Shown: positions 1 through 9,624 of the stretch, in pieces
Numbering within the stretch: the stretch's first letter is position 1
Layout of the letters: each line of letters starts with the position of its first letter
Assembly: GCA_048939465.1 (NCBI GenBank)
Contig: JBHLPL010000003.1
Location: 20,142 to 52,141, forward strand
Direction: 5' to 3'
DNA: 32,000 bases
Source: Promethearchaeota archaeon
GTDB lineage: Archaea > Asgardarchaeota > Odinarchaeia > Odinarchaeales > JBHLKK01
The notes under the pieces: model-generated
Database searches by the model: none
Seen by the model: only the letters and a program-made list of their open reading frames with translations
What the model was told of the DNA's origin: nothing
Program-made: the position numbers and the translations under genes

Positions 1-217
1 TCTTTCCCATATAAGCAAGTGCTGCATAGACGATATCACGTTCCTGATCTGAGTATGTGGGAGTGGGTGTTACAACTCTCCTTACTTCGTCCATACGGAG
101 AAGCTGAACATGAATTCCGTTATCTTCAAGCCTATCTTTGAGGATATTGGCAGTTGTGGATTTGCCACTACCAGGAAGGCCGGTTATCCAAATCGCAAAA
201 CCATTCTTCTTATACAT
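1..217 (-). CDS. P-loop kinase, adenylylsulfate-kinase-like/AAA_33 family (3'-truncated by window edge)
   Basis: Not in ORF track. Manual translation from ATG at 217: MYKKNGFAIWITGLPGSGKSTTANILKDRL...LRMDEVRRVVTPTPTYSDQERDIVYAAL. Walker A GLPGSGKS; AGGAGG RBS upstream. Confidence 0.8.
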   Translation of the reverse strand, partial: MYKKNGFAIWITGLPGSGKSTTANILKDRLEDNGIHVQLLRMDEVRRVVTPTPTYSDQERDIVYAALAYMGK

Positions 218-229
218 GATGGACCTCCT

Positions 230-1327
230 TCAGCACTTCAGATAAGAGTTCACATCTTTTGAATCGAATCTCTCTACTTCAATCATATTATGAATGAAAT
301 TGAACAGCTTCCTTCGTACATCAAAATCTAGATTGGGATACCATATTGGAGACGCAATAACTAGACATCGCCAAACATAAAAAGGCGGCATAACGGACAG
401 TATTTCCTCGTCTTCTGTTTTCTCAAGGTAATTATCAATAAAAATCTCGAAAAGAGTGCGAAATTCGCCCTCAAGACGCCTGTGGGCTTGTAAAGAATAG
501 AATAGATAGTTAACCAACATGCAAGTGACGTCGTCAGCCGGTTCTCCCCATTCTCCTCTGCTCCTATCCAGAACTGTGAAGTCTGAGCCTCTACGAAACA
601 TAATGTTCCATGGATGAAAATCACCGTGGACTTGACTGAGCCGATGTACTTTCTTCTTGATTTTCCATCTCCAGTCAATACACTTCTTTTCGATCTCTCG
701 AAGTTCACCTTCATTTGTGAAATCAAGATCAGCCGGATAGCTGTCGAGTAGCCCCATTATGCACTCTCCGTGTCCGACCAGGTCGCGAATCCTCCGAATG
801 TATAATGAAGGACTATTCTTTTTTACGGAGTGTATATTTACAAGATAGTTGGATAGTTCCTTGGTACGTACTTTGTCAAGCTCCACCAAATTCCTATTGG
901 CTTTAATTCTTTCTAAATCATTATAATACTCAAGTCCTTCGATCTTTTCCGTCAAGAGGAAGAACTCCAGGCTGTCTCCAACCGATTTTAATGATTCTTC
1001 TTCGGTAAAAGCCCCAACGTCCACAGAACGGACGTGCTTGGGCAAACTGTTGAAAGTAGAGTGCGCCAAGAGCAATGACTGGGCTCGATCTGAAAAGTGA
1101 TCATGACCGAAACCTCCTGGCTTCATGGTTCCTAGAACAACACTCTTTGTCTCGCTTTTGATTTCAAATTCTATTAAGTAGGGTTTCCCATAACCGAATC
1201 CTTTTAACTCTCCCTTCTCTATAGCCTCTTCAGTCTTTCCCAATTCACTTATGGTCCTGATTTTCACCTTGGCGTCAAATATCTTTGATAGGTAAGTCTG
1301 CAGTCTCTCTATATTTAACGTCGGCAT
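230..1327 (-). CDS. Aminoglycoside phosphotransferase/choline kinase-like (APH) protein
   Basis: HGDFHPWNI catalytic motif followed by VLDRSRGEWGEPADD; AGGAGGAG RBS before ATG. Confidence 0.85.
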   Translation of the reverse strand: MPTLNIERLQTYLSKIFDAKVKIRTISELGKTEEAIEKGELKGFGYGKPYLIEFEIKSETKSVVLGTMKPGGFGHDHFSDRAQSLLLAHSTFNSLPKHVRSVDVGAFTEEESLKSVGDSLEFFLLTEKIEGLEYYNDLERIKANRNLVELDKVRTKELSNYLVNIHSVKKNSPSLYIRRIRDLVGHGECIMGLLDSYPADLDFTNEGELREIEKKCIDWRWKIKKKVHRLSQVHGDFHPWNIMFRRGSDFTVLDRSRGEWGEPADDVTCMLVNYLFYSLQAHRRLEGEFRTLFEIFIDNYLEKTEDEEILSVMPPFYVWRCLVIASPIWYPNLDFDVRRKLFNFIHNMIEVERFDSKDVNSYLKC

Positions 1328-1430
1328 TCTGTCTCCTCCTATCGATCGCTAAACGTTAGTCATCATCCCATTTAAAAGCTTCAAGCGTTTTATCGCATAA
1401 TTTGGGAACTACTCTTAATCTTAAAGAATA

Positions 1431-1438
1431 TTTATAAA
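1431..1438 (+). promoter_or_regulatory. TATA box for the membrane protein/moaE transcript
   Basis: TTTATAAA ~45 nt upstream of ATG 1482. Confidence 0.5.
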
Positions 1439-1481
1439 GATGAAAATCTTTTACCAAGAACCAAGCTTAGAAGGGAGAAGA

Positions 1482-1796
1482 ATGTCAGGAAAAATCAGTA
1501 AGGTAATTTCCCCAAAAAGGATTCAGAAGTTCTTTCGTTACAGTTGGATCTTCATTGTGTTTGCAGCAGCAGGCATAATTGGGGTTTATGTAATTACGGA
1601 TTTTCCATCTAGAAATACGACGTTTACCGTAGCTATATGCCTCCTTGCAGTTTTTGGTCTAACATTGGGCATGAACGGGATTATTTCAACACTTCCTGAA
1701 GAGGAGCTGCCCGAAAAATGCGGAAAGCTGTTTCTGCAATGGCTTCTTACAACGGCAATAATTGGTATATTTTGCATAATAGCCATTGTTCTTTAG
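1482..1796 (+). CDS. Small membrane protein, 3 predicted TM helices
   Basis: Three hydrophobic stretches. Start moved from 1440 (directly after the TATA box) to ATG 1482, which follows AGGGAGA. Confidence 0.65.
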   Translation: MSGKISKVISPKRIQKFFRYSWIFIVFAAAGIIGVYVITDFPSRNTTFTVAICLLAVFGLTLGMNGIISTLPEEELPEKCGKLFLQWLLTTAIIGIFCIIAIVL

Positions 1797-1829
1797 AAAT
1801 CTGGAATTCTATAAGTCTGGTGACGCGAA

Positions 1830-2270
1830 GTGATAAATCGTGGGGGCATTCACAGGAAGGGAGAAGTAGATTTCTGTCAGCTCCTAGAACATTTAAGGAA
1901 CAGTACAAAGCCTTCAGAAGTCGGTGCGATAGCTTGCTTTATTGGCGTTGTAAGAGGATTAGCTAAGAGTGGAAAGAAGGTGGAAAAACTCGAAGTTGAA
2001 GCATGGGACGAGAAGACGGAGGAGATTCTGACGAGTATTTGCGATGAGCTGAGAAGGAGAAAGGGAGTCTCTGAGGTTTATATCCATCACATAGTAGGAG
2101 CTCTCAGCGTCGGGGAAGATATTGTATACGTTATCGTGGCAGGCGCGCACCGTCAAGAAGTATTTTCAACGCTAAGAGAAGCTGTTGAACGATACAAAAA
2201 GGAAGCTCCCCTCTGGAAAAAGGAGTTCCTTGAGACGGGCGAATCCTTTTGGGTTTCTGAAGGAGAGTAA
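1830..2270 (+). CDS. moaE: Molybdopterin synthase catalytic subunit MoaE
   Basis: GAIACFIGVVR, HHIVGALSVGE, VAGAHRQE, KKEAPLWKKE motifs; GGTGA RBS. Confidence 0.93.
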   Translation: MINRGGIHRKGEVDFCQLLEHLRNSTKPSEVGAIACFIGVVRGLAKSGKKVEKLEVEAWDEKTEEILTSICDELRRRKGVSEVYIHHIVGALSVGEDIVYVIVAGAHRQEVFSTLREAVERYKKEAPLWKKEFLETGESFWVSEGE

Positions 2271-2307
2271 GCTGAATAACAATAGGGATTTTATGCATTG
2301 AAAAGAC

Positions 2308-2420
2308 TGGTGCGAGGGGTGGGACTTGAACCCACGAAGGCATACGCAAGAGTGTTGTACCACTTTTTCTACGCCAAAGGATCTTGAGTCCTTCCCCGTT
2401 GACCGCTTGGGTACCCTCGC
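2308..2420 (-). tRNA. tRNA-Leu(CAA), CCA encoded, with ~25-nt intron in the variable arm
   Basis: Acceptor GCGAGGG/CCCTCGC+ACCA; anticodon arm AAGGA-CTCAAGA-TCCTT; T arm GTGGG-TTCAAGT-CCCAC; variable region is 41 nt instead of ~15. Confidence 0.93.
2343..2367 (-). other. Non-canonical tRNA intron (relaxed BHB) in the variable arm
   Basis: Central helix CGTA/TGCG, 5' bulge GAA, intron stem AGTG/CACT, 3' bulge TAT. Removal gives a 16-nt arm TGGCG-TAGA-TGCCTTC and an 88-nt tRNA. Confidence 0.72.
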
Positions 2421-2559
2421 AACATAGTGTTTTGGCGTTTCGAATCTTAACTTTATCGGTGGGATGACTCTAACCGAGAGACTAGACGGGAACAAGAACT
2501 GATAATCGAACCTCGGAAATCGTGAAGGATTACGGTGCTATTACTCTTCTTACGTATCT

Positions 2560-2838
2560 CTAAATGGTTTCCTTCAATTCCTCGAGGAATTTTATTAGAA
2601 TACGCGTTATTTCATTTTTCTCGTTGAGATAGAAAAGACGCATTTGCTGGCCAACTCTCATTTCGGTTACGACACCTTGACGGACCAAGGGTGCAATAAC
2701 ACGACTAACTGTGGAATGCGCCAATCTAGTCTTTCGAGCCAAATCAGAAAGATTATAGGGCTTTCCTCTCTTTTCTAGCAAGAATTGCAGTAATTTTGAC
2801 TGTGCTGATCTTCCAAAGAGCTTGATGAGTTCAGACAT
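2560..2838 (-). CDS. Winged helix-turn-helix transcriptional regulator (MarR/ArsR-like)
   Basis: YNLSDLARKTRLAHSTVSRVIAPLVRQGVV HTH pattern plus wing; GGAGG RBS. Confidence 0.8.
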   Translation of the reverse strand: MSELIKLFGRSAQSKLLQFLLEKRGKPYNLSDLARKTRLAHSTVSRVIAPLVRQGVVTEMRVGQQMRLFYLNEKNEITRILIKFLEELKETI

Positions 2839-2861
2839 GTTAGGCCTCCGAGCTTTAGCAT

Positions 2862-3566
2862 CTATTCATCAAACAATATCTTGGTACCAATTTCTTCGCC
2901 CTTAACTGCTTTTATGACATTTTCAGGATTCCTTCCGTCGATAATCATAGTTGGAATACGAGATCTCTGTACGATTTTTATAGCCAAAGTATCAAACAAA
3001 GCATATTTGCCAGCCTCCTCAGTTTCAGATTTTAGGATATTGGAGAGCTGTTCAGCCGTTACTTCTTTTAGCAGTTTTGCCTCAGGATCTTTCTTTGGTG
3101 GTTTTGAGTAGACTCCCTCAACGTCTGTCGCGTTTATTAGTAAATCGACGTTCAGGAATTCCGCTAGAAGAGCAGCCACAGCATTCGTAGATTGACCTGC
3201 TTGAGTGCCTCCCATTACTATCGCTTTCCCGATACTCGATATTTTGCGTGCATCTTCAAAGCTTTCAGCAGGTTCGGGATAGGCATCATCGTTGAGAGCA
3301 GCGATCAAAACACGAGCGTTTAGGCGAGAGACCATGATTCCGATCTCATCACAAATAGCTTCTGATGCTCCTAGGCTGCGGAGTACAGAAATATATGTTC
3401 TCGCGATTTTTCCACCACCAACAACAACGTGAGCGACATTACCTTCAGACCACAGTTTTCTTAGGACCTCGCCATATCGCTTTATTAGGGAAAGATTTAT
3501 TTCGCCATTCTTGTCTTCAATCAATGAGCCTCCAAGTTTGATTACAACCTTCACACTAATCACCAA
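2862..3566 (-). CDS. pyrH: Uridylate kinase (archaeal)
   Basis: VIKLGGS, VVVGGGKIAR, GQSTNAVAA, NATDVEGVY motifs. Confidence 0.95.
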   Translation of the reverse strand: MVISVKVVIKLGGSLIEDKNGEINLSLIKRYGEVLRKLWSEGNVAHVVVGGGKIARTYISVLRSLGASEAICDEIGIMVSRLNARVLIAALNDDAYPEPAESFEDARKISSIGKAIVMGGTQAGQSTNAVAALLAEFLNVDLLINATDVEGVYSKPPKKDPEAKLLKEVTAEQLSNILKSETEEAGKYALFDTLAIKIVQRSRIPTMIIDGRNPENVIKAVKGEEIGTKILFDE

Positions 3567-3695
3567 GTTTGCGGTTAGAGAAGTTTTTATGTCAAAACTT
3601 ATAAGCCTACCTCGTGAAACTCTAAATCAAACGATTCACACAGACCTCATGTGCTTGCTGGGGATGTAAAAGCCGCTCCTGAGAGGTGTTAACAG

Positions 3696-4946
3696 TTGTC
3701 AGATGCAAAATCCTTCCAGAAGTTTCGACTGAAGAGGATGTTGGAATTGCTGGAAGGTAAAAAAGGATATCATACAGAGCTCGTGTCATTGTATATACCG
3801 CCAGGTAGACAGCTGAGCGATGTGACAAACTACCTAAAGCAGGAATACGGTACCGCTTCTAATATCAAATCCAAATCAACACGAAAGAATGTTATGGACT
3901 CCATTACCAGCGTGATTCAAAGACTCAAGACGATCGAGGAGACTCCACAAACAGGACTCGTTATTTTTTGTGGAGCAATTCCGCAAAATGGTCAAGGAAC
4001 TGAGAGAATAGAGCAGTACGTCATTGTTCCACCAGAGCCTATTAATGTCTTCAAATATCATTGTGATAGCGACTTCTTCTTAGACCCATTAAAGGAGTTG
4101 CTGAAAGAGAGGGGAGCATACGGATTGATGATTATTGATAGAGGTGGGGCCACCTACGCAATACTGAGAGGGAAGCATCTGGAAATTGTCCGCGACATAT
4201 CATCGGGGGTGCCAAGGAAGCAGGACGCAGGAGGCCAGTCCCAAAGGAGATTTGAGAGAATTGTCGAACAGGTAGCCCATGAGTTTTACGTAAGAGCGGG
4301 AGAGTATGCGAATGACATATTCTTACAAACTCCAGACCTCAAGGGTTTAATAATAGGAGGCCCCGGCCCTACCAAAGAGAAATTCGCCGACGGGGGATAT
4401 CTTGATTACAGATTGAAGGATAAGATTATCGCAGTACTTGATGTTGGGTATACCGAAGAGATGGGAGTAAAGGAACTATTAGGAAGAGCTAGCACGATAC
4501 TGAAAAGCGTAAGATATATGGAAGAGAAAGCAGTTGTTCAAGAATTCCTAAGTCATCTTGCCAGAGATACAGGACTGGCTGCCTACGGCGAGAAAGAAGT
4601 CAGAACATACCTTAGACAGGGTATAGTAGGGGTTCTTTTGCTTTCTGAGGGGCTAGATATGACTAGAGCCACTATCGAGTGTCCGCAGTGTGATTATAGG
4701 CTGCAAAAGACCTTGAAAAGGAATGAATTAGAAGAGTTGGAAAAGGAGATAACTGAAAATACCTGTCCCGAGTGTAATAGTTCTAAGCTGAACATAGAAG
4801 CCGTTAATATTATAGAGGAGTTAGGAGAATTAGCAGAGCAAACTGGAACAAGAGTAGAATTAATATCTACCGAAACTGAAGAGGGTGTAGAATTGCTAAA
4901 CTTAGGCGGAATAGCCGCCGTGTTAAGGTTCAAACCCGGGTCTTGA
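3696..4946 (+). CDS. prf1: Peptide chain release factor aRF1
   Basis: NIKS, YHCDSDF and GGQS motifs; C-terminal CPQC...CPEC Zn ribbon. Confidence 0.97.
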   Translation: MSDAKSFQKFRLKRMLELLEGKKGYHTELVSLYIPPGRQLSDVTNYLKQEYGTASNIKSKSTRKNVMDSITSVIQRLKTIEETPQTGLVIFCGAIPQNGQGTERIEQYVIVPPEPINVFKYHCDSDFFLDPLKELLKERGAYGLMIIDRGGATYAILRGKHLEIVRDISSGVPRKQDAGGQSQRRFERIVEQVAHEFYVRAGEYANDIFLQTPDLKGLIIGGPGPTKEKFADGGYLDYRLKDKIIAVLDVGYTEEMGVKELLGRASTILKSVRYMEEKAVVQEFLSHLARDTGLAAYGEKEVRTYLRQGIVGVLLLSEGLDMTRATIECPQCDYRLQKTLKRNELEELEKEITENTCPECNSSKLNIEAVNIIEELGELAEQTGTRVELISTETEEGVELLNLGGIAAVLRFKPGS

Positions 4947-4960
4947 GATGGTGACAAGAT

Positions 4961-5893
4961 TTGAATGATGAAGCTGTCAACAAGTTTGAACAGGAAGTCA
5001 ACATGCGTGTTGATGAGGTTGCGCGTGCCAAAACGATATCTGAGGCAGAAAGCAGTATTGAGAGAGTTCAGAATACGCTAGGACAACTACTGGAGGTATA
5101 CAATGAGAGGAATGACCGAGTAAAGTCAAAACTGGCCCAGGCAAGAATAAAATCATGGGATAGCTATCTCCAATACATCAAAGGAAAGAGAGATTTGATC
5201 AAAATAGGGGTTGCGAATGAAAGAGGACAGTTCTCAGTAGGCTTTCAAAGGAAGAAGCTTGTTATTGGAGGCGCTAAGAAATATAAGATTCAACCAGAAG
5301 ATATGATTTCAAGGATCAAGCTAAGTGGAGTATTTCTTGATATGCTGAGAAATACAAAACTGAGCCAAGAGAAAATGACAGAGGCCATAAAAGCAGCCTA
5401 TAAACTTTGTGTGCAAACCCAAGACCAGGATCTCTCCAAATTCTGCGAACGGCTAATTCAGAACTGGGCAAGGATTTCCATCGAATGGAAGATAGAGCTG
5501 CTTTCAATAGCCACAATAACTGCAATACTCAAAGGAGAAAAGGACGAAGTAAATGCATTAGTAGACAAACATTTGGATCTTGCATCTCAACTAAAGGCTC
5601 TTAACACGGGACAAAAAGAACAACCAATAAGTCTACTCGACGAGAGAGTTTTTAGGGAGATTTTCGGTTTCTTAAATGCGAAATATTTTGGTTTAACAGA
5701 CCAGCGCGGGGGGATTATTAGAAAAGGATGGGGCAGGGAAATGAAGGGGTTCCTGGAGCTAGCCGAGCCTATAAAAGATATTTCGATACCAGAGTTCGTG
5801 CTTAATTTACAATTAAAGGAGTTTTTCCCGAAAGTACTCTTACAGAATAAAAAAAAAGCGGAATACTCCATAAAGATTGAAGGAGAAGACTAA
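4961..5893 (+). CDS. Hypothetical protein, probably largely alpha-helical
   Basis: 310-codon ORF 14 nt after prf1; GGTGA RBS before TTG; no motif recognised. Confidence 0.7.
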   Translation: MNDEAVNKFEQEVNMRVDEVARAKTISEAESSIERVQNTLGQLLEVYNERNDRVKSKLAQARIKSWDSYLQYIKGKRDLIKIGVANERGQFSVGFQRKKLVIGGAKKYKIQPEDMISRIKLSGVFLDMLRNTKLSQEKMTEAIKAAYKLCVQTQDQDLSKFCERLIQNWARISIEWKIELLSIATITAILKGEKDEVNALVDKHLDLASQLKALNTGQKEQPISLLDERVFREIFGFLNAKYFGLTDQRGGIIRKGWGREMKGFLELAEPIKDISIPEFVLNLQLKEFFPKVLLQNKKKAEYSIKIEGED

Positions 5894-5976
5894 TCCTTAA
5901 CAAGGAGTAGATGATACGAATCTCAGGAAGGTTTTTAAGAAAGAACCCAGACTGGGGGCTGAAAGGAGGTATGTCC

Positions 5977-6243
5977 ATGGGTAAAGTACTTGCTGTAATC
6001 TCCGTATTACCGAGTGGCACAGATGTGAACCTTGAGCAGCTTGAGAAAAACATAAGAGATAACACCCCAGAGGGTGTCATGCTCAAGGAATCAAGAAAGG
6101 AACCTTTTGCCTTCGGAATAAGTGCATTAAAACTGAGTTTCCTCCTTAGCGACACAGCTGGGGGAACTGACAATGTAGAAAAGGCCATAAAGAGTCTCGA
6201 CGGTGTTGGGGAAGTCAAAGTAGAATACATATCACTGGTCTAA
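5977..6243 (+). CDS. ef1b: Translation elongation factor aEF-1beta
   Basis: KVLAVISVLP, EPFAFGISALKL, GGTDNVE motifs. Start moved to ATG 5977 (AGGAGGT at 5964-5970; TTTTTAAG at ~5932). Confidence 0.93.
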   Translation: MGKVLAVISVLPSGTDVNLEQLEKNIRDNTPEGVMLKESRKEPFAFGISALKLSFLLSDTAGGTDNVEKAIKSLDGVGEVKVEYISLV

Positions 6244-6289
6244 TCCAGTTCCGATTTTCCCAAACAGGATTCTTGGTAAGACAACCGCA

Positions 6290-6457
6290 TCATCCGCGAC
6301 TCTTCGATTGTTTTTCTTTTACGTGTAGTTTACATATCCCTAGTAATGGGTGAAAACAAGAGGGGCAAACCTTTTTTCCGCAGATTATGCAGATCTGAAG
6401 ATTGCCCGTTTCACGCCTACAGATTTCACAAGTTTTTTTTGTCAAACCAATACACAT
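6290..6457 (-). CDS. Small Cys/His-rich zinc-finger protein (AN1/B-box-like spacing)
   Basis: C-x2-C-x9-C-x2-C-x4-C-x2-C-x7-C-x2-H; start ATG 6457 or TTG 6445; divergent from cdc48. Confidence 0.7.
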   Translation of the reverse strand: MCIGLTKKTCEICRRETGNLQICIICGKKVCPSCFHPLLGICKLHVKEKQSKSRG

Positions 6458-6575
6458 CCTGCTCTTAAATACATGCAAGAAGATATACAAAAACGCAATT
6501 ACATGGTGCAACAAGGTTTTTATGAAATACTAAAGACTGTGTTTAGTGCTATAAATATTCAATTTTTGATTCTTT

Positions 6576-8756
6576 ATGGTGAGAGATTTGGAAATACGAT
6601 TGCTTGTGACGGAAGCCAAGCAACGGGATGTGGGAAGATTTATTGCAAGACTCGATAATGAGTCAATGGAATTATTAGAATTACAGCCTGGAGACATAGT
6701 CGGCATAAAAAGCCGTAAGAAAACCGCAGCCATAGCTTGGCCTGCATATGACGAGGATAAGGGTAAAAACATCATCAGAATTGACGGACGCATTAGAAAG
6801 AATATTGGTGCAAGCATAGGAGAAAAAGTCAGTGTTAGAAAAGGTGAAGATAAATCTGCAGCTTCAGTTGTTTTAGCACCAACATCGATTAGCATTAATG
6901 TTCCCAACTTCGAACGAATCATCAAAAGAAGGCTCCTAAACTATCCGTTGACCGTTGGAGACACAATTTTCATCCCAATCGGAATAACCAGAGAAATACC
7001 CTTCATAGTCGTATCGACTGAGCCAAAAGACATCGTTGTTGTAAGATCTCGTACAGCTATCCAGATCAGCAAAAAACCGATGGCAGAAATTGCACGAATG
7101 CCGTATATAACGTACGAAGATATCGGGGGTCTAAGGGAGGCTATAAGACGCATACGTGAAATGATTGAGTTGCCACTCAAGCACCCGGAACTATTTAGTA
7201 GACTGGGTATTGAGCCGCCCCGAGGAGTTCTCTTTCATGGACCACCAGGATGTGGAAAGACGCTCCTTGCACGCACAGTAGCCAATGAATCAGATGCATA
7301 TTTCATATCCATTAATGGTCCGGAAGTTATGAGCAAGTTCTATGGCGAATCAGAACAACGCATAAGAGAGATTTTTGAGAAAGCCGAGAAGAATACGCCA
7401 AGCATCGTGTTCATTGACGAGATAGATGCAATCGCGCCTAAGAGGGGAGAAGTCACAGGAGAGGTTGAAAGAAGAGTTGTTGCACAACTACTTGCACTGA
7501 TGGACGGATTGCACGATCGTGGAAAGATCATAGTTATAGGCGCCACAAATAGACCTGAGGCGTTGGATTTGGCCTTGCGGCGTCCTGGAAGATTTGATCG
7601 AGAGATTGAGCTGGGTGTGCCAGGTATGGAAGAACGATTAGAGATTCTGCAAATCCATACTCGGAGCATGCCTTTGTCGAAAAGTGTAGATCTAAAAGAG
7701 CTTGCGGAAATCACGCATGGATTTGTTGGTGCAGACTTGGCAGCCCTATGTAGAGAAGCTGCAATGAAAGTACTGCGCAGGTACATGCCTGAAATCAATC
7801 TTGCAGATGAAAGCATACCTTCAGAACTCTTAGACAAACTCGAAGTTCGAACAAGGGATTTCATGAACGCACTAAAGGAGGTTCAGCCTTCCGCAATAAG
7901 GGAAGTGTCCATAGAAACACCAAGTGTCCACTGGGGAGATATCGGAAATCTGCAAGAAGTTAAGCAGAAGCTCATAGAGACGGTTGAGTGGCCCTTGAAG
8001 CAGGCAAAATCACTAAAGCGGATGGGAATAACAGCCCCCAAGGGAGTCTTAATGTATGGACCCCCTGGATGTGGTAAAACTCTCTTGGCGCGTGCAGTGG
8101 CAACAGAAAGCAAAGCAAATTTCATTAGTATCAAAGGGCCCGAAATACTAAGTAAATGGGTTGGTGAATCTGAGAAGGCCGTCCGAGAGATTTTTAGGAA
8201 AGCAAGGATGGTGGCTCCGGCTATCATTTTCTTTGATGAAATTGATGCCTTAGCTCCCAAACGAGGGAGAGATTATGGTGGTTCTTTGGTTACTGAACGA
8301 ATCATAAGCCAACTCCTAACTGAACTGGACGGATTAGCGGACTCAAGGGATGTAATTGTATTGGCCGCGACTAACAGACCCGATATGCTCGACCCTGCAC
8401 TGGTTAGGCCTGGACGGTTCGATAGATCAATCTATATACCGTCACCTGAAGAAGAAGCACGATCGGAGATACTAAAAATATATACACAAAAAATGCCTCT
8501 AGCAGATGATGTCAAAATAGAGCAAATAGCTGGAATGACTGAGAACTACGTTGGCGCGGATATAGAAGCTTTGTGTAGAGAAGCAGCCATGTTAGCTCTG
8601 AGAGAAGATTTAGATGCTAAGAGAGTTCATCGAAAACACTTTGAGATAGCTTTAAAGGAGATTCACCCTACTGTAAATCAGGAAATAATACGATGGTATG
8701 AGCGTCTGAAGGAGAGGTTCAAACAAACTCAGATTGGTCCATCACACGTAACATAG
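6576..8756 (+). CDS. cdc48: CDC48/VCP (p97) family AAA+ ATPase
   Basis: N-domain plus two AAA modules (GPPGCGKT twice, FIDEID/FFDEID, RPGRFDR twice). Confidence 0.97.
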   Translation: MVRDLEIRLLVTEAKQRDVGRFIARLDNESMELLELQPGDIVGIKSRKKTAAIAWPAYDEDKGKNIIRIDGRIRKNIGASIGEKVSVRKGEDKSAASVVLAPTSISINVPNFERIIKRRLLNYPLTVGDTIFIPIGITREIPFIVVSTEPKDIVVVRSRTAIQISKKPMAEIARMPYITYEDIGGLREAIRRIREMIELPLKHPELFSRLGIEPPRGVLFHGPPGCGKTLLARTVANESDAYFISINGPEVMSKFYGESEQRIREIFEKAEKNTPSIVFIDEIDAIAPKRGEVTGEVERRVVAQLLALMDGLHDRGKIIVIGATNRPEALDLALRRPGRFDREIELGVPGMEERLEILQIHTRSMPLSKSVDLKELAEITHGFVGADLAALCREAAMKVLRRYMPEINLADESIPSELLDKLEVRTRDFMNALKEVQPSAIREVSIETPSVHWGDIGNLQEVKQKLIETVEWPLKQAKSLKRMGITAPKGVLMYGPPGCGKTLLARAVATESKANFISIKGPEILSKWVGESEKAVREIFRKARMVAPAIIFFDEIDALAPKRGRDYGGSLVTERIISQLLTELDGLADSRDVIVLAATNRPDMLDPALVRPGRFDRSIYIPSPEEEARSEILKIYTQKMPLADDVKIEQIAGMTENYVGADIEALCREAAMLALREDLDAKRVHRKHFEIALKEIHPTVNQEIIRWYERLKERFKQTQIGPSHVT

Positions 8757-8778
8757 CCTGAGTATGGGAGGAAAGGTT

Positions 8779-9042
8779 ATGAAACGACGGTATTGGGATC
8801 TTGTACCCCTGAGGAATGCCATATTAAACGCCATTGCCAAAAGACAAGGCATATTACTTGATAACGAACTCTTTACAATGCTTCAAAAGGATTTCAAGGA
8901 TCTATCCTACACCAAACTGAATAAGGCTCTTATGGCGCTTGAGATAGAGGGGGTAGTTCACGTTTCACAAATCACAAAAACCAAGAGAAGAATTGAAGTC
9001 ATGAAAGAAGGAGAAGGATTTCTGCTGGTCGGCGAAGATTAA
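8779..9042 (+). CDS. Small winged-helix protein downstream of cdc48
   Basis: LSYTKLNKALMALEIEGVVHVS recognition helix and wing; GGAGG RBS favours ATG 8779. Confidence 0.7.
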   Translation: MKRRYWDLVPLRNAILNAIAKRQGILLDNELFTMLQKDFKDLSYTKLNKALMALEIEGVVHVSQITKTKRRIEVMKEGEGFLLVGED

Positions 9043-9079
9043 GAAGAGCTCTAGACAGAATGAGGAACATCGAATTTTG

Positions 9080-9484
9080 CTATGCACCTTTTGCCCGAGT
9101 TATTTTTCTCTGTCCAAGTATGTTCCAGTACTCAACCTGCCCTCCAACTTCAAGTCTTGAGGAGACATCTTCTTCAACATTAGATAGCGGTATTTCCATC
9201 GTTTGATAATTCTCCATGTCCATTATCATGACGCTTTTGTCCGTTTTAGAAATTACCTGCCCAGTTCTTTTGTCAATCATTGGGGTTTCTACTGATGCGT
9301 CAGTTGGATAGACAACGCTCCGTTTGTTGTTATCAAAAAACCCTATAGCAACTATCCTGACTTTTGCGTGACCATGCTTTCCTGCCTTGGATTTTTCAAA
9401 ACTAACTATTTTGCAGGGTTCATCACCGATGATTATGAATCTCCCAACCTTCAAACTGCCGGCTTCTGCCATACGTTTCTCCAT
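9080..9484 (-). CDS. eif5a: Translation factor aIF-5A
   Basis: Hypusination motif SKAGKHGHAK; SH3-like plus OB architecture. Confidence 0.96.
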   Translation of the reverse strand: MEKRMAEAGSLKVGRFIIIGDEPCKIVSFEKSKAGKHGHAKVRIVAIGFFDNNKRSVVYPTDASVETPMIDKRTGQVISKTDKSVMIMDMENYQTMEIPLSNVEEDVSSRLEVGGQVEYWNILGQRKITRAKGA

Positions 9485-9624
9485 TATGATGTCTCCTGTA
9501 TCGGTGAGTATGCTTAAGATTGCTCAAGGTTTTTAATCTTTTCTTTCAATTAGACGAAAGATTCTTTTAGTGATATTCATCTTAACATTCCCAGACACCT
9601 GATTCCAGTTTCCGGCAGGGTTGA

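Noticed and set aside
2343-2390. Canonical 37/38 intron in tRNA-Leu (TCTTG can pair with anticodon-loop CAAGA)
   Set aside because: It would remove the perfect 3' anticodon-stem strand and the Leu variable arm; the variable-arm intron gives a normal tRNA.
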